This document shows, in pieces, positions 57,975-64,000 of a stretch of DNA of 64,000 nucleotides. The DNA is from Candidatus Nitrotoga sp. CP45. Its GTDB lineage: Bacteria > Pseudomonadota > Gammaproteobacteria > Burkholderiales > Gallionellaceae. The position numbers and the translations under genes were made by a program. Position 1 is the stretch's first letter. Every line of letters starts with the position of its first letter. The notes under the pieces are model-generated. The model was not told the origin of the DNA, did no database searches, and worked only from the letters and a program-made list of their open reading frames with translations. The DNA is taken from the NCBI GenBank assembly GCA_945874105.1, contig CAMCFJ010000003.1:74152-138151 (forward strand), given 5' to 3'.

Positions 57975-59604
57975 TAGCCTCCAGTCCACGTGTAATGTAC
58001 CACTGCTGAACAATAGAAAGTATATTGTTTACAATGGAATACAGCACCAGCCCGGCCGGAAAGAAGAAAAATACCACACTAAATACAATGGGCAATGTTT
58101 TCATAAGCTTGGCTTGTAACGGATCGGGGGGAACAGGGTTTAACTTACTTTGAATTATCATGGTGGATCCCATGATTAACGGTAAAACATAATAAGGATC
58201 GGGCACCGACAAATCGGTAATCCAGCCAAAAAACGGGGCGTAACGTAATTCGACACTCGCAAGAATAGCCCAGTATAAAGCAATAAATACTGGTATCTGA
58301 ACGAGCATCGGCAAACAACCCCCAAGCGGATTAATTTTCTCCGTCTTGTACAATTCCATCATCGCTTTATGCAGGCGCTCCCGGTCATCTCCAAATTGCT
58401 GCTTGATTTTCTCCAGCTTGGGAGCCACTACACGCATTTTCCCCATGGAGCGATAACTGGCCGCAGACAATGGGAAAAATAACAACTTAATAAAGAACGT
58501 CAATAGGATAATGGCTAAACCCCAGTTGTATACCCAGCCATACAGGTAGGAAAGCAACCAGAACAAGGGGGTGGAAATGATTGTCAACCAGCCATAATCT
58601 ACTGTTAAGCCCAACCCTGGTGCAATTTCATCCAGCGAGGTTTGCGCCGGTCCGGCATAAAGTGGCACGCTAATCTTTGCAATATGACCTGGTGCAATGG
58701 CCGCCACTGGTAAAATGACGCCTACCGAATAAAGCTCGTTTTCCAGCCTTCTGGTGTAAAACTCGCGTTGTACTTTATCCTTAGGCAACCATGCTGCGAC
58801 AAAGTAATGTTGCAACATACCCACCCAACCATTGTCAGCGCTTTGAGAATGCTTGGCATTTCCCTTCTCAATATCGGGAAAGCCCACCTTCTGAAATTTT
58901 TCCTTCTCTGTATAAACAGCAGTACCCGTGTAAGTGGGCAAAAACATTGACGCACCTTCAGGTGAGGATTTGTCACGCACCAACTGGAAATAAGCAGATG
59001 GGGAAAGCGGACTGGTTCCAATATTTTCGATTTCGTAGCCCACATCTACCAAGTAGCCGCCTCGATGGAACACATAAAATTTAGTTACTTTTGCACCAAC
59101 AACATTTGTAGCAAGTAATCGCACCTCGATTGTGTCTTTGCCTTCAGTTAAGAGATATTCGTTAGCTTGAGCCGTGAATGTCGTATTGTGAGTGGGTAAT
59201 CCAGTGCCAAGCAAACCCGTCTGGGCGATATAGGTGTGCACTCCTTGTTCCTGCAGCAATACGAATGGCTTATTCTTGTTTTTGCTATCCCGCTGCTGCA
59301 AAAATTCCAAGCGACGCAAATCCCCGCCTACAGTATTAATAACTGCGGTTAGATAATCTGTTTTTACAGTAATTTTTTGCCCGGCCTGAGTCTTTTGTTG
59401 GGTAACAACCGCAATTGCCTCAGGGCTAACCGTAGCCGCTCTATCGGGTGCGCTACCCGTTGTAGGCGCGACAACTTTCGGAGCGACCACAGCAGCTGTT
59501 TGAGCTATTGGTTGCTGCGTGCGTTGCCAACTTTCCCACAACAACATTATTGATATTGCGAACGACAAAAAAAAGAACAACCTGAACAGCTTGTGAAAAT
59601 CCAT
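57949..59604 (-). CDS. yidC: membrane protein insertase YidC
   Basis: 551 aa with an N-terminal TM segment, a large periplasmic domain and the conserved C-terminal 5-TM core (GCLPMLVQIPVFIALY). Confidence 0.93.
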   Translation of the reverse strand: MDFHKLFRLFFFLSFAISIMLLWESWQRTQQPIAQTAAVVAPKVVAPTTGSAPDRAATVSPEAIAVVTQQKTQAGQKITVKTDYLTAVINTVGGDLRRLEFLQQRDSKNKNKPFVLLQEQGVHTYIAQTGLLGTGLPTHNTTFTAQANEYLLTEGKDTIEVRLLATNVVGAKVTKFYVFHRGGYLVDVGYEIENIGTSPLSPSAYFQLVRDKSSPEGASMFLPTYTGTAVYTEKEKFQKVGFPDIEKGNAKHSQSADNGWVGMLQHYFVAAWLPKDKVQREFYTRRLENELYSVGVILPVAAIAPGHIAKISVPLYAGPAQTSLDEIAPGLGLTVDYGWLTIISTPLFWLLSYLYGWVYNWGLAIILLTFFIKLLFFPLSAASYRSMGKMRVVAPKLEKIKQQFGDDRERLHKAMMELYKTEKINPLGGCLPMLVQIPVFIALYWAILASVELRYAPFFGWITDLSVPDPYYVLPLIMGSTMIIQSKLNPVPPDPLQAKLMKTLPIVFSVVFFFFPAGLVLYSIVNNILSIVQQWYITRGLEANVKGATKA

Positions 59605-59624
59605 ATGGTTTCGCCTATGTAAAT

Positions 59625-59837
59625 CTATGGGGCGGGATCATAACCACCTGGATTCCAGGGGTTGCATCGAATCACCCGCTTTATGCTCAACCAAGTACCA
59701 CACCAAGCACCATGTTTAGAGATAGCCTCACGAGCATATTGAGAACAACTTGGAGTAAAGCGACAAGTCGATGGCATGAGCGGGCTCAATAAATATTGAT
59801 ATAAACCTATCAACCTGATTAAGAGTTGTCGCATCAC
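59625..59837 (-). CDS. yidD: membrane protein insertion efficiency factor YidD
   Basis: 70 aa with the [11 protein letters not shown] motif. Confidence 0.9.
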   Translation of the reverse strand: MMRQLLIRLIGLYQYLLSPLMPSTCRFTPSCSQYAREAISKHGAWCGTWLSIKRVIRCNPWNPGGYDPAP

Positions 59838-60193
59838 ATGCGGACAGATTGAAATAACTGTACCAAGGCCAACCGTCCTTCAGCCGAAGTTTCAGAATTA
59901 AATTGCCGCTTGGCCCGCACCACTACATCCACCGAGGATGCGGCCGAGAAATTAAGCCGAAATATATTTCGAATCATGCGCTTTGCAAAATTTCTGGATA
60001 CTGCCTTTGGCATGCTTCTTTTGCTGGCTATTACCCCAAGACGGGAATAGCCGCTCTCATTTTTTCGTATATAGACTGTAAACCATTTATTACTCAAACA
60101 CTCGGCACGAAGCGCCAACTCAAACTCTATCGGCTGCTTAATCCGGCGGTACGGTGGTAAAGTTTGGTCGGCCTTAAACGGCAAGGCGTACAC
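59834..60193 (-). CDS. rnpA: ribonuclease P protein component
   Basis: 119-aa basic protein with an RNR-type motif ([16 protein letters not shown]). Located between rpmH and yidD. Confidence 0.88.
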   Translation of the reverse strand: MYALPFKADQTLPPYRRIKQPIEFELALRAECLSNKWFTVYIRKNESGYSRLGVIASKRSMPKAVSRNFAKRMIRNIFRLNFSAASSVDVVVRAKRQFNSETSAEGRLALVQLFQSVRM

Positions 60194-60308
60194 GGCCTTT
60201 AGCTCTACGAGCGGCTATAACGGCTCTTCCTCCCTTGGTTCTCATGCGAACCAGAAATCCATGTGTCCGCTTCCTTTTAGTGACGGATGGTTGATATGTA
60301 CGTTTCAT
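60174..60308 (-). CDS. rpmH: 50S ribosomal protein L34
   Basis: 44-aa ORF below the track cutoff. My translation is [44 protein letters not shown]. Confidence 0.93.
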   Translation of the reverse strand: MKRTYQPSVTKRKRTHGFLVRMRTKGGRAVIAARRAKGRVRLAV

Positions 60309-60533
60309 TGTTTAATACCCCTAATTAATAATTAATACTTGAAAACCCGCTATTACATTATTTACGGGGCTTTCTGTCAAGCTTATTTTATCCCATATTG
60401 CCCATTGGATGCACGAATCCACTCTAATTAATAAGAATTCAAATGGTATCTATTAAAAATTTTCAATACTATTCAATGCAGTGCTGCTTTAATGAATAAT
60501 CCGAGTTAATCTGTTCTGTAACGAACAAGTCAA

Positions 60534-60582
60534 TTATCCAAACTTATGACACATTATTTGTGTGGAGTAAAATCAGTCCACA
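60534..60582. promoter_or_regulatory. cluster of degenerate DnaA boxes in the dnaA promoter region
   Basis: TTATCCAAA (60534-60542, 1 mismatch), TGTGGAGTA (60561-60569, 2 mismatches to TGTGGATAA) and CAGTCCACA (60574-60582, core TCCACA). Confidence 0.5.
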
Positions 60583-60697
60583 AAAATAATAAATGGCGAA
60601 TTGCAAGGGTCCTTAATAGTTTATCTGCTATAAATAACTTTTTGCCTTGCATGTAGTAGAATGTATAAAGCTTTTTTTGCATTGCCATCTGAAAATT

Positions 60698-62050
60698 ATG
60701 CGAGACAAAACATTATGGAATTCCTGTCTTCATTTTTTTGAAGGTACGCTTACCTCACTACAATTTAACTCATGGATTAAACCTCTAATTTTTGAAATTC
60801 AAGGTAATTTGATTACCTTGACTGCACCGAATAGTTTTATATTGAAAGTTGTACAGGATAGATTTTTACCAGAAATTTCCAAGCAAGCAGCGTTATTTCT
60901 TGCTTGCCCGCCAACTTTCGAGTTGCGTATAGGAGAAAAACCTCTCAATTTGCCCCCCAAAAAATTACCAGTTGCTTTAACTAATATTGTCCCGTCCATA
61001 TCCCAACTCGCCCTCAACAAGCACACAAATCAAAACAAACTTAATCCTTTGTTATCTTTTGAAAACTTTGTTACTGGTAAAGCAAATCAATTGGCTCATG
61101 CAGCAGCAATACAAGTTGCTGAAACTCCGGGTACAACGTACAACCCATTATTTATTTACGGCGGGGTCGGATTAGGGAAAACTCACTTAATTCAGGCTAT
61201 TGGGAATCATATAAAACTTGATAATGCACAGGCAAAAGTTTGCTATGTTCATGCTACTAATTATATTTCAGATGTAGTCCGCGCTTTTCAAACTAAAAAA
61301 TTTGATGAATTCAAACAATTCTACAACTCATTAGATTTGCTATTGATTGATGACATTCAATTCATCGCTGATAAAACTGGAACCCAACAAGAATTTTTCT
61401 ATACGCTTAATTCATTGATTGATGGACATAAACAAGTTGTAATTACATGCGATTCTTTCCCCAAAGAAATTTCTGGAATGACGCCACGACTTACTTCACG
61501 ATTCAGCTGGGGGTTAACAGTCGCTGTTGAACCACCTGGTTTGGAAATGCGCGTAGCAATCCTGTTACAGAAAGCTGCACTTTCTAATAATCCAATAAAT
61601 GAAGATGTTGCTTTTTTTATTGCCAAGCACATTCGTTCTAATATCCGTGAATTAGAAGGAGCACTTAAACGTATTGACGCTTATTCCAGATTTCACAAAC
61701 GTAGCATCTCTGTAGAGCTTGCAAAAGAAGCACTTAAAGATTTACTAGCTTCTCAAAATAAACAAATTTCCATAGAGAATATACAAAAAACAGTGGCTGA
61801 TTTTTACCGCATCAAGGTTGCTGATCTTCTTTCCAAGAAAAGGACACGCTTAATTGCCAGGCCTAGACAAATTGCAATGTGTTTAGCAAGGGAATTGACA
61901 CAATTAAGCTTACCGGAAATTGGAGCCGCTTTTGGAGGACGTGATCATACAACGGTTATGTATGCATGCAAGACTATTGAAAGCTTACGCAATTCGAATC
62001 CCCCTCTAAATGCAGATTTCAATTTACTTAATCAAACATTACGAAATTAA
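60698..62050 (+). CDS. dnaA: chromosomal replication initiator protein DnaA
   Basis: GGVGLGKTHL Walker A, LLIDDIQF Walker B and the C-terminal DNA-binding signature GGRDHTTVMYACKTI. I chose the start at MRDKTLW (ATG 60698). The track ORF begins at TTG 60647. Confidence 0.93.
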   Translation: MRDKTLWNSCLHFFEGTLTSLQFNSWIKPLIFEIQGNLITLTAPNSFILKVVQDRFLPEISKQAALFLACPPTFELRIGEKPLNLPPKKLPVALTNIVPSISQLALNKHTNQNKLNPLLSFENFVTGKANQLAHAAAIQVAETPGTTYNPLFIYGGVGLGKTHLIQAIGNHIKLDNAQAKVCYVHATNYISDVVRAFQTKKFDEFKQFYNSLDLLLIDDIQFIADKTGTQQEFFYTLNSLIDGHKQVVITCDSFPKEISGMTPRLTSRFSWGLTVAVEPPGLEMRVAILLQKAALSNNPINEDVAFFIAKHIRSNIRELEGALKRIDAYSRFHKRSISVELAKEALKDLLASQNKQISIENIQKTVADFYRIKVADLLSKKRTRLIARPRQIAMCLARELTQLSLPEIGAAFGGRDHTTVMYACKTIESLRNSNPPLNADFNLLNQTLRN

Positions 62051-62252
62051 TATTCTTGGTTAATATTGAATTTATTTTGTGTATAACCATCTTGAAAAAT
62101 AATTTTATTAAAACTATACACAAAAATTACTCGTCAAAAATAATAATTATCCACATCTTTTTATAAACTCTAATACGTTATAAACAAAGAGAAATACCGA
62201 GTTATTCACTATATATAATACCGATTATTGTTATTATTAAGGATATATAAGA
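62051..62252. promoter_or_regulatory. DnaA-box cluster in the very AT-rich dnaA-dnaN spacer (candidate oriC or oriC sub-region)
   Basis: A perfect TTATCCACA at 62147-62155. TGTGTATAA at 62078-62086 (reverse complement TTATACACA, 1 mismatch). CTATACACA at 62114-62122 (2 mismatches). TTATTCACT at 62202-62210 (2 mismatches). Long A/T tracts lie between them. Confidence 0.5.
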
Positions 62253-63359
62253 ATGTTAATTGAAAAGATTGAAAAAAACAGTTTACTAAATCCCCTTCAG
62301 AAAATTATTGGAATAGTGGAGCGTAAACAACCTCTCCCAATTCTGTCAAATGTATTAATTGAAAAATTCGGATCAAATATACGTTTTGTAGCGACGGATC
62401 TTGAAATTCAAATCGCAACGCAATTTACCGATATAAATCAAATAAGTCCTGATACAGCAATTACTGTAGCTGCTAAGAAATTGCAAGAAATCATTAAGGT
62501 TTTACCTGAAGGAAGTCTTGTTACATTAGATATTCATCAGAATCGCCTTTTAGTGAAAGTGAATAAAAGTAAATTTACGTTACAAACATTACCTGCTCAA
62601 GATTTCCCCAAAATTTCGGAGCAATTAGAACAAGCCGTAAAAGTTCAAATTGAACAAGGAAAGCTTAAAAAGTTGTTAGGTATGGTTCAATATGCCATGG
62701 CGCAGCAAGATATTCGCTATTATTTAAATGGTGTTTTATTAGTTATTAACGGAAACTTTTTAAAATTAATAGCAACAGATGGGCATCGACTTGCTTATAT
62801 TAGTACCAAGCTAGCCCAGGAATATCCTAAAATAGAAGTAATCCTGCCTAGAAAAACAGTTAATGAACTAATTAAACTTTTAGCTGAGACAGAAGAAAAA
62901 ATTACATTTGAATTAGCTGCAAATCAAGTCCGCATGACTTTTTCAGATATCATTTTAACTTCCAAGGTAATAGAGGGAAAATTTCCAGATTATGAACGTG
63001 TGATACCTAATTACACTAACCAACTTACGTTAAATAGAATCGAAATATTACAAGCATTGCAACGTGCAGCAATTTTATCTAATGAAAAATTCAGGGGTGT
63101 ACGTTTTGTCCTGACAGAAAAAAATCTTCGCATTATAAGTAATAACAGCGAGCAAGAAGAAGCGCAGGAAGATATGGAAATAGACTATCAAGGGATTGCA
63201 CTTGATGTTGGTTTTAATGTTAATTATTTAATGGATGGGTTAAATAATTCTGCCACGCAAACAGTGACGTTCTCATTTGGCGATGCAAATAGTAGTATTT
63301 TGCTCACCATTCCAGGTAATGAAGAATTTAAGTACGTTGTAATGCCAATGCGTATTTAA
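62253..63359 (+). CDS. dnaN: DNA polymerase III subunit beta (sliding clamp)
   Basis: 368 aa with LSNVLIE, ATDGHRLA and the MPMRI C-terminus. Confidence 0.93.
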   Translation: MLIEKIEKNSLLNPLQKIIGIVERKQPLPILSNVLIEKFGSNIRFVATDLEIQIATQFTDINQISPDTAITVAAKKLQEIIKVLPEGSLVTLDIHQNRLLVKVNKSKFTLQTLPAQDFPKISEQLEQAVKVQIEQGKLKKLLGMVQYAMAQQDIRYYLNGVLLVINGNFLKLIATDGHRLAYISTKLAQEYPKIEVILPRKTVNELIKLLAETEEKITFELAANQVRMTFSDIILTSKVIEGKFPDYERVIPNYTNQLTLNRIEILQALQRAAILSNEKFRGVRFVLTEKNLRIISNNSEQEEAQEDMEIDYQGIALDVGFNVNYLMDGLNNSATQTVTFSFGDANSSILLTIPGNEEFKYVVMPMRI

Positions 63360-63442
63360 TAGCCCATAAAAAAAATATTTAAGGTATCCACCCATATAAA
63401 AATGTCATTCGAAGTAAGTAATATTTACGAATGCATTCTTAA

Positions 63443-63458
63443 GGTTTCACGTGAAACA
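63443..63458. promoter_or_regulatory. parS centromere-like site (GGTTTCACGTGAAACA, 15/16 to consensus)
   Basis: Contains the perfect 14-bp palindrome GTTTCACGTGAAAC, 15 nt upstream of the gyrB start. Confidence 0.75.
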
Positions 63459-63472
63459 AATGAAAGAATAAA

Positions 63473-64000
63473 ATGAATGAATATAATTCCACCAGCATTA
63501 TAGTTCTCAAGGGACTAGAAGCAGTTAGAAAACGTCCAGGTATGTATATTGGCGACACTAATGATGGCAGTGGCTTGCACCACATGGTCTTTGAGGCAGT
63601 TGATAATGCCGTGGATGAAGCATTGGCAGGTCATTGCAACGAAATATCAGTGATTATTCATCCAGATAATTCGATTAGCGTGACTGATAATGGACGTGGT
63701 ATTCCGACAGATATTCATGAGGAAGAAAATCGTTCTGCAGCAGAGGTAATCATGACGGTGTTACATGCCGGAGGTAAGTTCGATGGAAACTCTTATAAGG
63801 TTTCAGGCGGCTTGCATGGGGTGGGGGTTTCGGTAGTGAATGCCTTGTCCGAATGGTTACGATTGACAATTTACAGAGACAATAAAATCCATTTTATGGA
63901 ATTCCGTTTGGGAGAACCAGTTGCACCGCTTAAAGTAATAGGCGAGACAACTAAGCGCGGCACAGAAGTACATTTTCTGCCGAGCAAGGAAGTGTTCGGA
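63473..64000 (+). CDS. gyrB: DNA gyrase subunit B, N-terminal part (continues beyond window end)
   Basis: Not in the track because it is truncated. My translation is [54 protein letters not shown]...[15 protein letters not shown], the GHKL ATPase motifs. Confidence 0.92.
   Translation, partial: MNEYNSTSIIVLKGLEAVRKRPGMYIGDTNDGSGLHHMVFEAVDNAVDEALAGHCNEISVIIHPDNSISVTDNGRGIPTDIHEEENRSAAEVIMTVLHAGGKFDGNSYKVSGGLHGVGVSVVNALSEWLRLTIYRDNKIHFMEFRLGEPVAPLKVIGETTKRGTEVHFLPSKEVFG

Overview
This window is an origin-proximal chromosome segment from a betaproteobacterium whose gene content resembles a Nitrosomonadales-type chemolithoautotroph. Nearly all of it is densely packed core housekeeping genes in canonical clusters.

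In window order the clusters are:
- ncgA-ncgB-ncgC-nirK (nirK is cut by the window edge), then ppk2.
- The Calvin-cycle/glycolytic block tkt-gap-pgk-pyk-fba.
- hicAB.
- rlmI-xerC-DUF484-dapF.
- zapA followed by 6S RNA, then ubiX.
- The rpoN cluster: kdsD-kdsC-lptC-lptA-lptB-rpoN-hpf-ptsN-hprK-rapZ.
- hisD-hisG-murA.
- An ABC-2 exporter followed by mlaFEDC and a STAS protein.
- An OYE-family flavoenzyme.
- metK, two lpxL-type acyltransferases, ubiD, an MDR oxidoreductase and aroC.
- The origin neighbourhood: mnmG-rsmG-parA-parB, atpIBEFHAGDC, glmU, then mnmE-yidC-yidD-rnpA-rpmH divergent from dnaA-dnaN-gyrB.

I found no rRNA, tRNA, CRISPR array, IS element, prophage or defence-type operon, and no evidence of a novel multi-gene system.

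The observations that stand out are:
1. dnaA-dnaN sit in a sharply AT-rich block, and the dnaA-dnaN spacer carries DnaA boxes.
2. A 141-bp MITE-like repeat is present in two inverted copies 14.4 kb apart.
3. The OYE-family enzyme has an atypical active-site motif and a Pro/Asp-rich N-terminal extension.
4. The hicAB pair has an apparently leaderless hicA and a HicB that lacks a DNA-binding domain.
5. Two near-consensus parS sites and a 6S RNA are invisible to the ORF track.

All coordinates of non-ORF features were hand-counted. Start codons are my best judgement.
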